Of a stretch of 64,000 nucleotides of DNA, positions 47,959-58,020 are shown one piece after another (positions within the stretch are counted from its first letter, which is position 1; each line of letters opens with the position of its first letter). The stretch is taken from sequence record LC727697.1. The stretch is one strand, 5' to 3'. The notes under the pieces were generated by a model that saw only the letters and a list, made by a program, of their open reading frames with translations, did not search any database and was not told where the DNA came from. The DNA comes from Pseudomonas phage sp. 30-2. The translations under genes and the position numbers were made by a program.

Positions 47959-48456
47959 ATGTCTGGATCGAAAAGTAAAATTAAAGGTAGTAGCTGGGAA
48001 CGAGATGTAGCAAAAGATCTTACCTCATTTTACAACGAACCCTTTACTAGAACAGCACATTCAGGTGCCTTTATAGGAGGACAAAATTCTGTCAGAAAAA
48101 CATCACTAGGCAATAATCAAATCAAATCCTATAAAGGTGATATTTTCCCTCCAGATACATGGGAACATTTTAATTCTGAATGTAAATCGTATGCAAAATT
48201 TTCATTTACTTCGTTGTTCGAGGGAGAGTGCAAACAATTAGATACATGGATATCACAGGTACGTGATACTGCTAGCGAAGGTGATTTTAATATTATTTTT
48301 ATAAAAATAACTCGGCAAGGCAAATGGGTAGTATTTGAAGAAAAAACCGGGATTAAAGTAAATAATAGTATAGATTACAAGGGTTGGGTATTCTGTAGCT
48401 GGAATAATTTCTGGACAGAAGAGAATAAAAAGAAAGTAAAACAGCTGAGTAAATAA
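47959..48456 (+). CDS. Hjc-like PD-(D/E)xK nuclease (putative Holliday-junction resolvase family), 165 aa
   Basis: KGSSWERDVAKDL...AHSGAFIGG...KGDIF...ECKSYAK fits the Hjc pattern (G..ER..., SG, D, ExK). Confidence 0.45.
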   Translation: MSGSKSKIKGSSWERDVAKDLTSFYNEPFTRTAHSGAFIGGQNSVRKTSLGNNQIKSYKGDIFPPDTWEHFNSECKSYAKFSFTSLFEGECKQLDTWISQVRDTASEGDFNIIFIKITRQGKWVVFEEKTGIKVNNSIDYKGWVFCSWNNFWTEENKKKVKQLSK

Positions 48457-48458
48457 TA

Positions 48459-49208
48459 ATGAGATTTATAGAAGGCGAGATTTTACCGTTTAAGCCTATA
48501 GATACAAAATTTAAAAAAATATTAAACAATGTATTGAATAAATATCCATTTTTTAACAATACCGAGTTGGTAATAGATAATAGGGCTAGATATTCTAAAG
48601 AATCGCCCACAGAAGTAGGTATTACTGCAAAGGATTTAGCAAAATCTTTTAATATTAATATAATTGACGAAACATTATACGACAACCAGGGTAACCGTAT
48701 AAAAAGACTTAAAGTAAATAAATCTTCTATATTCCCTAATGTAGTAAGAATAATTGTTTACGATTTTAAAGGATCAGGAGATAGTAGAGACATAATAGCT
48801 TCTAATACTGAATCTAGTTTAACAAGAATATCTAACATAGGCAACAACATTAATGCTATTTCTGAATCTTATTCAGAAGGTAAACATAGTACAGTAACGC
48901 ACAATGGCAATGAATATAGATTAGATGATATTTTTAGAAGTACAGAGCATACTCCTGTAGAAAGTGTTAAAATAAAAGACTTAACATGGATATTACGATA
49001 TAACAAATTAGCGTCGTCGAGAATAAAAGCTGCCGACGTGAGCATCCCTATAATAGTGTATAAAGACAACGGTAAAATATATGTAATAGACGGTGCTCAT
49101 AGGTTAGCCAAAGCAAAAGATAACAAAAATGTAACAATTAATGTGAAATATATTAGTAAACAGCAACTAGATAAAGCAAAAATAGAAACTAATAAAAAAG
49201 AGGCTTAA
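48459..49208 (+). CDS. protein with a C-terminal ParB/Srx-like nuclease domain, 249 aa
   Basis: SIPIIVYKDNGKIYVIDGAHRLAKA (DGxHR ParB motif). Translationally coupled to the Hjc-like gene. Confidence 0.5.
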   Translation: MRFIEGEILPFKPIDTKFKKILNNVLNKYPFFNNTELVIDNRARYSKESPTEVGITAKDLAKSFNINIIDETLYDNQGNRIKRLKVNKSSIFPNVVRIIVYDFKGSGDSRDIIASNTESSLTRISNIGNNINAISESYSEGKHSTVTHNGNEYRLDDIFRSTEHTPVESVKIKDLTWILRYNKLASSRIKAADVSIPIIVYKDNGKIYVIDGAHRLAKAKDNKNVTINVKYISKQQLDKAKIETNKKEA

Positions 49209-49220
49209 GCCTCTTTTTTA
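49193..49220. terminator. bidirectional terminator AAAAAAGAGGCTTAAGCCTCTTTTTT
   Basis: The TAA of 48459-49208 lies in the loop. Lies between convergent genes. Confidence 0.6.
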
Positions 49221-50975
49221 TTATCCTTCAATTGTATAAGAAGTAAATCCACCTTCTTTTACTGCTTTTAGTTGAACATCAACTCGTCCAATTAATTCTT
49301 CTCTGTGTGACACCAAAAATACTTTTCTGCTAGAATCCCTTGACATTTGTTTTAGAATGCTTAGAGCAGATTCTACACCTCTGGTATCTAATCCATTGTC
49401 TATTAATTCGTCTATATACAGCAGATTTATTTTATAGTTAAGACTTTCAAATACATCCCTGAATGCCCAACTTAGTGAAAGAATTAAACGGGTGCGTTCA
49501 CCTCTACTTAAATTATCAAAATCTAATTCTCTGCCGTGTTCTGTAATCTGAACTTCTAGGTCAGACATAAATTTTACTTCGTGTGGCAATCCTATTTTTA
49601 TTAAGTAGTGTGCAAGTCTTGTATTTAGATAAGATAAATTTTGATCTATAATCTTTTTTCTTATAAAACTATCTTTTGAGGTTAGCAGTTTTAATAAAAA
49701 TTCTTGATGATCTCGCAGCGAAACTAACGTATTAATAGTTTCAAAATCCACTTGTTTTATACTATCCCGTAAAATAGAAACATTTTCTACGTGAGGGTTA
49801 GTTAGCATTTCTTCTTTTTCTATAGAATGCTCTAGTGTATTAATCATAGTTTTATGATTATAAACGTCATCTAAAGACGAATAAAACGTAGATGGTTTTT
49901 CCGGTATAAAAATAGAATTTAATGTATTTAAAATTAATTCTTTTTCATTTTCTTTTTCTTTAAGTGAATTAGTTGCAGATTCTAACTTTAATTTTAAAGA
50001 TTCAGTTAATGAAGTATGACTATCATTTAATTCTTGTCCGCACGTAGGACATTCGTTGTGTTCTGTAGTTTTTAGTAATTGTGACGAAAGGTGAGATACT
50101 GTTGTAGATAATGACTGTATTTCTCGTTCTACAATATTATATTCTTTTAAAATATCATTTTTTTCTCTTTCTTTAATAGAAATCTCTTTTAAAACTTTAT
50201 GCATTTCTATTTCAGTATCTATATCTATTTTATTTAGATGCTCTAGCGATTCTCTGTATTCTTGTAAAGTATCTAAATGTCTTTTATCCCAGGCTTTGCT
50301 TCTAAGTTCCATAGAAGCAATGTTTTGTTCTATGCTTTTATTTGCTTCTTGGATTGCTTTAATTCTAAATTCTTCTTCTTTAATTCTATCTTTAGTATCT
50401 TTAACTAAATTTTTTAGAATATCTGCTTTTTCACTTAGTTTAGTTATGCCTAGCAGTTGTTCTATTAATTCTCTTTGTTCGGTAGTTTTCATAGAGAGAA
50501 AAGGAGTGGAATAAGTGTTTAGTGCAATTATGTTTTTAAACATATTATGACTAAAACCTAATTCCTTTTCTAATGCAAGTTGTGTTTGTCTGCTGTCGCC
50601 TTGCGCTTCGTCAGTTTCGTCTGTTTCTAATTCTTTGTTGTTGATTATAACTTTAAATATATTGGGTTTTCTTCCCCTTTCTATTTTGTACTCTTTATTA
50701 TTCAACGAAAATTCTAATTTAACATACATATTTTTTTCATTTGTTTTATTAATTAGATTTTCTTTTCTTATATTAGTTAATGCTGTACCAAAGAGTGCGT
50801 ACGAAAGTGCATTTAATTTTGCAGTCTTACCGGTTCCGTTTTTACTGTCATTGCCGCCGAGATCTAAATTTTCTCCTAAAACTAATGTTAGATCGTTTTC
50901 GTCTAGCAATATAGTCTGTGTATTATTACCGACAGACATAAAATTTCGCATTGATATAGATTTAAATTTTAACAT
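49221..50975 (-). CDS. gp46: Rad50/SbcC-like recombination ATPase (T4 gp46-like), 584 aa
   Basis: Walker A GNDSKNGTGKTAKL, zinc hook CPTCGQE, signature LSRGERTRL, Walker B LLYIDELIDNGLD, H-loop FLVSHRE. Confidence 0.8.
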   Translation of the reverse strand: MLKFKSISMRNFMSVGNNTQTILLDENDLTLVLGENLDLGGNDSKNGTGKTAKLNALSYALFGTALTNIRKENLINKTNEKNMYVKLEFSLNNKEYKIERGRKPNIFKVIINNKELETDETDEAQGDSRQTQLALEKELGFSHNMFKNIIALNTYSTPFLSMKTTEQRELIEQLLGITKLSEKADILKNLVKDTKDRIKEEEFRIKAIQEANKSIEQNIASMELRSKAWDKRHLDTLQEYRESLEHLNKIDIDTEIEMHKVLKEISIKEREKNDILKEYNIVEREIQSLSTTVSHLSSQLLKTTEHNECPTCGQELNDSHTSLTESLKLKLESATNSLKEKENEKELILNTLNSIFIPEKPSTFYSSLDDVYNHKTMINTLEHSIEKEEMLTNPHVENVSILRDSIKQVDFETINTLVSLRDHQEFLLKLLTSKDSFIRKKIIDQNLSYLNTRLAHYLIKIGLPHEVKFMSDLEVQITEHGRELDFDNLSRGERTRLILSLSWAFRDVFESLNYKINLLYIDELIDNGLDTRGVESALSILKQMSRDSSRKVFLVSHREELIGRVDVQLKAVKEGGFTSYTIEG

Positions 50976-51988
50976 TATAGGTTTGTGTAAATGCTTATAA
51001 GTATGTTTTTATCAAAGTTATCACTTTGGATATTAGTTAGTTCGGAAATAACAATTTCATCTACAGTTTCGAATTCAGTTTCAGTATCACTTTCTATTTC
51101 GTGTTCGCTATATTTAGACTGTAATAATTTAAATTCTCTAACTTTATATGAAGACAAGAATGTTTCACGTAAGAAATTGGCTTCTTCGTATGTTATATCT
51201 ACATCTATAGTTGCTTTTACGTGAGTTTTTGGCTTAAGATAATAATCTGGATTTTCTAGTATTTGTTTCAATGTAGTGGATATGAATCTAGGTCCGTCTT
51301 CGTAATTAACATATTCAGGCTCCCCTCCCCATTCTAAAAACATTGCACCCCTATCAAAATCCCATACATCAGAATAGTTGTGACCAAATGGATTGCCGAT
51401 ATAATTAATTTTTCCATTTACTTGTCTCTTATGAAAATGTCCAGAAAATACATATGTTTGATTAACAAAATGTTCGGATTTTATTTCTCCTACATCGGGC
51501 ATTTCTACCATTGCATTTAGTTTAAATCCTGGAATTTCTAAATGCCCAAACAAATATTTTGCTTTTATTTTAGGAACGTCTTTCCATTCATCTCCTACTA
51601 ACCACGGTAGAATAGATACATCTCCTTGTTCGAACGGATCTTCTATCATAACTATATTAGGATATTTGTGACCCATCGGAATAGAATGTACTTCTCTTTT
51701 TTCTCTATACATAAGGTCATGATTGCCAGTGATAAAATATACTTTTTCGAACGTATCGTTTAGTAGTTCTAAACTAGACATGGTGTAGTTTAGTGTAGAT
51801 ACATTAATGGTGTTTCTTGTATGATGCCAATCGCCTAAAAATATACATGTTTCTGCATTTTTTTCTTTAGCAGTTTTACAAAACCACTTAATGAAATCTT
51901 CACAGTCTTGATTGTGAATTTTAGAGTTATGATGCAATCCGAAGTGAATATCACTAAAACATGCAACTTTCTTAAATAAATTACCCAC
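50975..51988 (-). CDS. gp47: Mre11/SbcD-like nuclease (T4 gp47-like), 337 aa (GTG start)
   Basis: Phosphoesterase motifs DIHFG, GDWHH and GNHD. AAAGGA RBS before the GTG. Confidence 0.75.
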   Translation of the reverse strand: MGNLFKKVACFSDIHFGLHHNSKIHNQDCEDFIKWFCKTAKEKNAETCIFLGDWHHTRNTINVSTLNYTMSSLELLNDTFEKVYFITGNHDLMYREKREVHSIPMGHKYPNIVMIEDPFEQGDVSILPWLVGDEWKDVPKIKAKYLFGHLEIPGFKLNAMVEMPDVGEIKSEHFVNQTYVFSGHFHKRQVNGKINYIGNPFGHNYSDVWDFDRGAMFLEWGGEPEYVNYEDGPRFISTTLKQILENPDYYLKPKTHVKATIDVDITYEEANFLRETFLSSYKVREFKLLQSKYSEHEIESDTETEFETVDEIVISELTNIQSDNFDKNILISIYTNL

Positions 51989-51999
51989 TTTAAATCCTT

Positions 52000-52842
52000 T
52001 TAATCATCTTTAGAATCATTTAATTCTCTGAGCAACCGAATTTGCTCATCGTGTTCTAATTGTCTAGTAAGGCTAGGATTTTGTCCCATATTTTGTAATA
52101 AATCATCCCTGATTATTTGATTACGTTTTTCTATGTTGAATACCCTAGTAAAAGAATTGTTTATAGACGAAGTGTAATATGCAAAGGGATTATCACTTAA
52201 ATGTTCGTCGAATTGCAACCCCATAGACGCTAACTGAAGTAAAGCTTGTCCCTTCATTTCATCTAGATATGAATATCCACGCCAGTTGCTTTTTTGACCG
52301 AATTTGTCAATTAACAACATAAACATTTTTGCTAATCTATCTGATATAGATCCTCCAGTTAAGCAAAACTCTCCTTTTTTGCTGTGGCTTCTGCCTACTT
52401 CTACTAAGTTATTATTTTCGTCTATAATAAAATGCTTAAAAGGAGTAAAATTTAACTTAACATGATAGTCTTTAATTGATTTTTTTGTCTTTTTCCTATC
52501 ATGATCTTCTGGAATATGTTCGTATGTGATAACACGAAAAACAACATCATGTTTATTTATTGTTGCAGGATCTACTTGGGTTATAGATGCTTTTGCTTTT
52601 TTAGAACTAGTATTTGTTCTTAATGCATATTCATCTATCTGTACTTGAGTTAAACGCTCTGCTCGTTTAAGTATTGCTGCGTTTATATTTTCTTGTTTCA
52701 GACAGTCTTCTTTTGAAGTAAAGATAATATCGTAATCTTTATACTCTGGGGAAATATATTCGCAGAATGAATTTTTACTACGATGTATTTCCTTTAACAT
52801 TTCTTTATTATTAATATAATTAACTACAATTTTTGTATTCAT
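52000..52842 (-). CDS. gp55: late-transcription sigma factor (T4 gp55-like), 280 aa with an insertion
   Basis: VVNYINNKEMLKEI matches T4 gp55 KYNYVNNKELLQAI. NPFAYYTSSINNSFTRVFNIEKRNQ matches [24 protein letters not shown]. The 55-47-46 order is as in T4. Confidence 0.7.
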   Translation of the reverse strand: MNTKIVVNYINNKEMLKEIHRSKNSFCEYISPEYKDYDIIFTSKEDCLKQENINAAILKRAERLTQVQIDEYALRTNTSSKKAKASITQVDPATINKHDVVFRVITYEHIPEDHDRKKTKKSIKDYHVKLNFTPFKHFIIDENNNLVEVGRSHSKKGEFCLTGGSISDRLAKMFMLLIDKFGQKSNWRGYSYLDEMKGQALLQLASMGLQFDEHLSDNPFAYYTSSINNSFTRVFNIEKRNQIIRDDLLQNMGQNPSLTRQLEHDEQIRLLRELNDSKDD

Positions 52843-52926
52843 TGTGCATCCATGCTTTTTATTATTATTTTACAACAAAATATTTTCAAAGTCAAATATT
52901 AGCATATAAACCTACTGATAAATATA

Positions 52927-52934
52927 TAAAAGAG
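52927..52934 (+). promoter_or_regulatory. GATAAATA motif upstream of the baseplate operon
   Basis: 10 nt upstream of the GTG at 52945 (short leader). Confidence 0.3.
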
Positions 52935-52944
52935 ATTATATATC

Positions 52945-53580
52945 GTGGATAGTAGAGCAATTTTAAAACCAAAGAATGCGTTAGCTGCAAATGATTTATT
53001 TGGAGAAAGTAACGACCAGCTTGTTAACATTCTTGCACCTCTAAAAAAGACAGGCGGTTTGATATTTCCGTTCAGACCGATAGTTACATTAGCAGCAGAT
53101 GCAGAATACGATGAATCCTTTCATTTTACTCATACTAACTACAAATACCTTGCATATGTTAAATCTGCACCTCAGCCTATATCAGTAGAAGCAATATTTA
53201 CATCACAAACAGATGTAGAGGCAAGATATACATTAGCAGCAATGCATTTTATGCGAACAGTAACAAAAAATTACTTCGGACAAACAGATTTAGTAAGAGC
53301 AGGTACGCCGCCGCCTATTTTATCATTTAATTACTTAGGAACATACATGTTCAAAAATGTACCAGTGGTTGTTAAAAATTTCAGTATTATTTTAGACAAC
53401 AAAGTAGATTATGTCCCTGTAAGATTTAACAACATAAGTGAAAATACAGATGTTCCTACTCAATTAACTATGACGATAACGTTAGAACCTCAATATAATC
53501 CACAAGAGGTTAGGCAGACATTTGATCTAAGTAAATTTAGGACAGGTGAGTTACTGAAGAATAATAAAGGATTTATATAA
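52945..53580 (+). CDS. baseplate-module structural protein, 211 aa (GTG start)
   Basis: First gene of a translationally coupled array (TAATG overlaps) ending with the spike. Confidence 0.4.
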   Translation: MDSRAILKPKNALAANDLFGESNDQLVNILAPLKKTGGLIFPFRPIVTLAADAEYDESFHFTHTNYKYLAYVKSAPQPISVEAIFTSQTDVEARYTLAAMHFMRTVTKNYFGQTDLVRAGTPPPILSFNYLGTYMFKNVPVVVKNFSIILDNKVDYVPVRFNNISENTDVPTQLTMTITLEPQYNPQEVRQTFDLSKFRTGELLKNNKGFI

Positions 53581-53879
53581 TGGCAAATAACATTTCTTCT
53601 ACGAAAAGTCGATATTATGATACACCTATAAAAGATTTTTATTTAGATTTATGGGTTCCTAGGAAAATATTACCTAATATAACTGATGAATTAATTGTTA
53701 TTGCACCTAAATATGATCAAAGACCCGATTTGCTTTCGTATGATTTATACGGAACAGAAGAACTTTGGTGGGTATTTGCGGTAAGAAATATGGATGAATT
53801 AATCGATCCTATATACGATTTTACTGCTGGAAAATCTATATATGCACCCACTATAGAATCGTTAGAAGGTATAATTTAA
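53580..53879 (+). CDS. baseplate wedge protein (gp53-like), 99 aa
   Basis: QRPDLLSYDLYGTEELWWVFAVRNMDELIDPIYDFTAG resembles T4 gp53 PRPEELANAIYGNPQLYWVLLMCNDNYDPYYGWITS. Confidence 0.5.
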   Translation: MANNISSTKSRYYDTPIKDFYLDLWVPRKILPNITDELIVIAPKYDQRPDLLSYDLYGTEELWWVFAVRNMDELIDPIYDFTAGKSIYAPTIESLEGII

Positions 53880-55903
53880 TGTCATTAAACAAACCTACTC
53901 CTACTAATACGGATACAAATATGTATCCGTTTTTACCTAATCCATTAGATTCTATAACTAGCACTACTTATCATTTGCGACTATATATGTGCTCTATAGA
54001 AGATATAGTAAACAATAATGTATTAGACAGGTCCAGGCAAATAACAATTGCAGAATCGGGTGTTACTGGATTAGGTATAGATGACTTCATATTAACAACT
54101 GTTCCCGGAATGACAGTAGAAACTGGCACGGGTGAGTCTACAACATTATCTTTTAAAATTCAAGAACCTCATGGCAGTAGTATGTTAGATCAGTTATATG
54201 CATCTGCTGTTAGTTTAGGTATAGATAATTACTTAAAAGCACCATATTTTATGGAATTGACTTTTAAAGGTAGAACAACAACTTCTTCGTTGCCGTCTGT
54301 TATGAAGGCAAAATGGGTATTTCCTATTACTATAACTAAAATGGATATGGTTGTTACAGGATCGGGTACAACTTATGATTTTGTAGGAGCAGTATACAGT
54401 GAACTAGGATATACAAACCAATACGGCGATATGCAACAAGGTATATCTCTTTCTGGCAAAACTGTAGGCGAAATGTTAGAAAAATTAAAACAATCACTCA
54501 ATGATAGACAGCCACAGCGAGCATCTAATAAACAATTGAAGCCAGATAAGTACGAAATAATAATTTCGGATGAGAGATTAATAAATGCTCCGTTAAAAAT
54601 ATCTAATTCCGACCAAACAATTGACAGATTATCTGACTATGTAGTGGATGATAACTCAGTAACTACTGTTCAATTTTATGATAATACTAGTATTCAGTAT
54701 ATAATTGAAACTATAATAAATTCTACAGAAGTTATTGAAAAGGAAATTGCAGGTTCGGATGTTCCGGCTCACCCCCAATTTAATCCAGATCCGAATAGGT
54801 CTATGGTTAAAAAATTATATAGGGTTTTGTCTCAAGTAGACACGCTAGAATATGACCCAGGAAGAGGGGATTATGCTAGGAATTTTAGGTATGTTATCGT
54901 ACCGTACGATACAATGACAATAGTTGCATCGAAGGATGAATCTAGAGTTACACCCGAGTCTTCAGAAAACAGATTTAATGAATATTTAGGTAGAAGTGTT
55001 CTAAGAAAGCATTATAATTATCTATTTACTGGATTAAATGATCAAATATTAGATTTTAATTTGAAATTTAATTTCATGTGGTATGCTACGCTACCTAGAC
55101 AAACAGGAACAGTAGATACTTATACATCTGTTGATCCAGGTAGAAGAATGTCTCCCGATCAGTTATTATTAAAACAGAAGATGTCAACAAGTGCATCTGT
55201 GAAAAGCAAATTTAATTCAACAGTTACTCCTGGTACAGATCGCCAGGATCCTAGAAATGTATCTACTGTAGATACAAATACAGAACAATCGTCTCTAGTG
55301 TCAAAAGGAAGGCAAGCAAGGATTAGAGAAAATACAAATGCAGATCCCGACACAGATCAAGAAACTGAAGTAAGGCAAAATGCCATACAATTTATAGAAG
55401 ATGCTACTGCAGATTCATTAAGTAAACTTCCTATTACAACTATAGAAACCCCAGATACTTCAAATGATGATATAGGTGTAGAAGACAACTATCATGCAGG
55501 TAAATCTTTTTTATCTTCATTATTTTCTCAAATAATGTATGATGATAATGCCGAATTGCTTAAAATAGATTTATCTATAAAAGGAGATCCTTATTGGCTA
55601 GGTCCGCCCACAACTAATAAAATAAGTACAGTAGAGGATAGGATAAACAGTACAAATACATCTTATGTTAATCCTACTTCGTCTCAGGTATTCTTTTTGT
55701 TTACTAGTCAGACTCCTAATTTAAATTATATAGAAGGAACAGTAACATCTTCCATGAAACAAAATACTATTATAAATGGCATATATCAAGTTATAGTAGT
55801 GAAGCATGTTTTTTCCAAAGGCATATTCCGCCAAGAATTGCAAGCAGTAAGAGATAAATTAACTGATATAACAGACATAGACATCCAAAGGTTTAATCAA
55901 TAA
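53879..55903 (+). CDS. baseplate hub protein (gp27-position), 674 aa
   Basis: Directly precedes and is coupled to the spike gene. Assignment by context. Confidence 0.35.
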   Translation: MSLNKPTPTNTDTNMYPFLPNPLDSITSTTYHLRLYMCSIEDIVNNNVLDRSRQITIAESGVTGLGIDDFILTTVPGMTVETGTGESTTLSFKIQEPHGSSMLDQLYASAVSLGIDNYLKAPYFMELTFKGRTTTSSLPSVMKAKWVFPITITKMDMVVTGSGTTYDFVGAVYSELGYTNQYGDMQQGISLSGKTVGEMLEKLKQSLNDRQPQRASNKQLKPDKYEIIISDERLINAPLKISNSDQTIDRLSDYVVDDNSVTTVQFYDNTSIQYIIETIINSTEVIEKEIAGSDVPAHPQFNPDPNRSMVKKLYRVLSQVDTLEYDPGRGDYARNFRYVIVPYDTMTIVASKDESRVTPESSENRFNEYLGRSVLRKHYNYLFTGLNDQILDFNLKFNFMWYATLPRQTGTVDTYTSVDPGRRMSPDQLLLKQKMSTSASVKSKFNSTVTPGTDRQDPRNVSTVDTNTEQSSLVSKGRQARIRENTNADPDTDQETEVRQNAIQFIEDATADSLSKLPITTIETPDTSNDDIGVEDNYHAGKSFLSSLFSQIMYDDNAELLKIDLSIKGDPYWLGPPTTNKISTVEDRINSTNTSYVNPTSSQVFFLFTSQTPNLNYIEGTVTSSMKQNTIINGIYQVIVVKHVFSKGIFRQELQAVRDKLTDITDIDIQRFNQ

Positions 55904-57336
55904 TGAGTACATATTCTAGAACAGTAGGTGTAAATCCGTCTGCTAGCAAAACACCGACAGGCAGAGCACAAAAATATTACGGAATGTATATTGGGTTTGT
56001 CAAAGATAATGTCGATAGCAACAGAATGGGAAGACTTAGGGTTTGGGTACCGGAATTCGGTACTGATCCGAGCGATGAATCTGGTTGGTTGTTAGTTGGA
56101 TACTGTTCGCCATTTGCTGGCGCAACTAATCCTATGACAATCGGCGGCTCACAAGATGTATCTGCATTCCACGAAACACAAACATCTTACGGTATGTGGG
56201 CAGTTCCGCCAGATCTTGAAAATCAGGTAGCTGTAATGTTTGCTAACGGCGACCCTGCAAAGGGATTTTGGTTTGGATGCATATGGCAACAACAGATGAA
56301 TCATATGATTCCTGCAGTTGCTGGCAGTGTTAATAATTATGAGACAGCAGGCAAATCTCTACCTGTAGGCGAATATAATAAAAACACACTAGAAAAAGTA
56401 AATGCACAAACTATTAATAAACCTGTTGCTAGTCTTGCCCAAGGATTAAAAACGCAAGGGCTTATTAACGATAATATACGGGGTGTATCTTCATCATCTG
56501 CACGCAGGGAAGCACCTAGTCAGGTATTCGGTATTCTTACCCCAGGTCCAGTAATAGACGGTGCAAATGCAAGAAGGCATGGCGGTCATCAGTTCGTTAT
56601 GGATGATGCACCCACATCCGAACATATCACATTAAGAACTAGATCTGGTGCTCAAATAAGATTAGATGAAACTAATGGAATAATTTATATAATTAATAAA
56701 TTGGGCACTGCTTGGATAGAATTAGATAACTCGGGCAACGTAGATGTATTTGGTGCAAAATCCGGATCTTTACGTTTTATGGAAGATTTTAATATACGAG
56801 CAGATAGAGATATTAATATAGAGGCAGGAAGAAATATAAACATTAAAGCATCTAAAGACTATACTACTGTTTCTACCGGAGGCATAGCACCGGAACTAAC
56901 AGGTCAAGGCGGAGATATATTTATACAAGCTAATAATAATTTAAATATTCAATCACAAAAAGATACATTACTAAATCAATTAGGAGGCAGTTTGCATAAC
57001 ACTGCCGGAGTTGATATATCTTTAAAAGCAGGTTCTAATTATAATTTACAAGCTGCAGGACAGATAGCAACTGCTACTAACGGAACATATGGGTTAAGTG
57101 CAGGCGGGGATATTATCGAGTTAGGTGCTAATATACATATGAACGGTCCGCAGCCGCCTGCGCCTGATTCTCCTACTGAAGCAAGTACACCTACTACTAA
57201 TGGCAAAACTAATATATTGCCTGAGTTTAGTGATGCAAATAGATATAATAGAATGTCTCAGCCAGGAGTAACTACTATAGTATCTAGATTTAATACATTC
57301 GAACCGTGCCCTGAGCACAAAAATAAAGGAGCATAA
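55903..57336 (+). CDS. baseplate central spike (gp5/VgrG-like OB domain plus beta-helix, no lysozyme domain), 477 aa
   Basis: GMYIGFVKDNVDSNRMGRLRVWVPEFG matches gp5 WFVGVVEDVMDPSLQGRVRVRVHNLHG. C-terminal repeats NINIEAGRNINIKA are beta-helix-like. Confidence 0.7.
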   Translation: MSTYSRTVGVNPSASKTPTGRAQKYYGMYIGFVKDNVDSNRMGRLRVWVPEFGTDPSDESGWLLVGYCSPFAGATNPMTIGGSQDVSAFHETQTSYGMWAVPPDLENQVAVMFANGDPAKGFWFGCIWQQQMNHMIPAVAGSVNNYETAGKSLPVGEYNKNTLEKVNAQTINKPVASLAQGLKTQGLINDNIRGVSSSSARREAPSQVFGILTPGPVIDGANARRHGGHQFVMDDAPTSEHITLRTRSGAQIRLDETNGIIYIINKLGTAWIELDNSGNVDVFGAKSGSLRFMEDFNIRADRDINIEAGRNINIKASKDYTTVSTGGIAPELTGQGGDIFIQANNNLNIQSQKDTLLNQLGGSLHNTAGVDISLKAGSNYNLQAAGQIATATNGTYGLSAGGDIIELGANIHMNGPQPPAPDSPTEASTPTTNGKTNILPEFSDANRYNRMSQPGVTTIVSRFNTFEPCPEHKNKGA

Positions 57337-57350
57337 TGCTCCTTTATAAA
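57325..57350. terminator. bidirectional terminator AAAGGAGCATAATGCTCCTTT
   Basis: The TAA of the spike gene lies in the loop. Also closes the minus-strand gene 57344-57628. Confidence 0.55.
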
Positions 57351-57628
57351 TCGTCATTAAAATAATTGTATCTTCTGTCGTACAATAATTCTAAATGTGT
57401 TGCCAACATTCTAGCAAAAGTAAATAAATCGAATTTGCAATATACATCGTAGAAATTATCTTTTATATAGCGTACACTATAAAAATTGATTTCATTAAAT
57501 ATATATTCTTCGTCTAAGTCTTCGGATAAAGCTATGCATACATATTGTCCTTTGTGGGAATCTTTTGCGATAACATAGACGCCGTATATAAAGTCATAGC
57601 TATTATGATACTTTAATTTTCCGGGCAT
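57344..57628 (-). CDS. hypothetical protein, 94 aa (opposite-strand insert in the baseplate module)
   Basis: ATG start, flanked by terminators on both sides. Confidence 0.4.
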   Translation of the reverse strand: MPGKLKYHNSYDFIYGVYVIAKDSHKGQYVCIALSEDLDEEYIFNEINFYSVRYIKDNFYDVYCKFDLFTFARMLATHLELLYDRRYNYFNDDL

Positions 57629-57634
57629 AAAAAT

Positions 57635-57656
57635 AGGGGGTTAGTTACTTAACCCC
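57635..57656 (-). terminator. terminator GGGGGTTAGTTACTTAACCCCC
   Basis: 8-bp GC-rich stem downstream of 57673-57915. Confidence 0.5.
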
Positions 57657-57672
57657 CTCCCTTCTGTTTAAG

Positions 57673-57915
57673 TTACTTTCCTGAAATCATAGATTCCATT
57701 TCTTTTATACAATCATCCATTGTATAATGGCGTGTATCTACTAGTACATATTTCTTATCTTTAGTATCGTACAGTCCAACTTCTATGAGCTGAGTTCCTT
57801 TAAACTTAGACATAACTTGAAACCGTTGTGTCTTAGTTTTAGAATTATATTTGTCAGCCATTTCTGCAATGCGGTTGAATTTATAGATAGGGAAAGTTAC
57901 TTTTTCTTTTGCCAT
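57673..57915 (-). CDS. hypothetical protein, 80 aa
   Basis: ATG start. Confidence 0.4.
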   Translation of the reverse strand: MAKEKVTFPIYKFNRIAEMADKYNSKTKTQRFQVMSKFKGTQLIEVGLYDTKDKKYVLVDTRHYTMDDCIKEMESMISGK

Positions 57916-58020
57916 TTTCTTTTTCTTAGCTTGGTTACTGTTAAGCGGAATTACTTAACATGCACACAGTATACTAATTTTACTGTTATCCGTCAAGTTA
58001 AGTATGTAGAAAAATATCCA

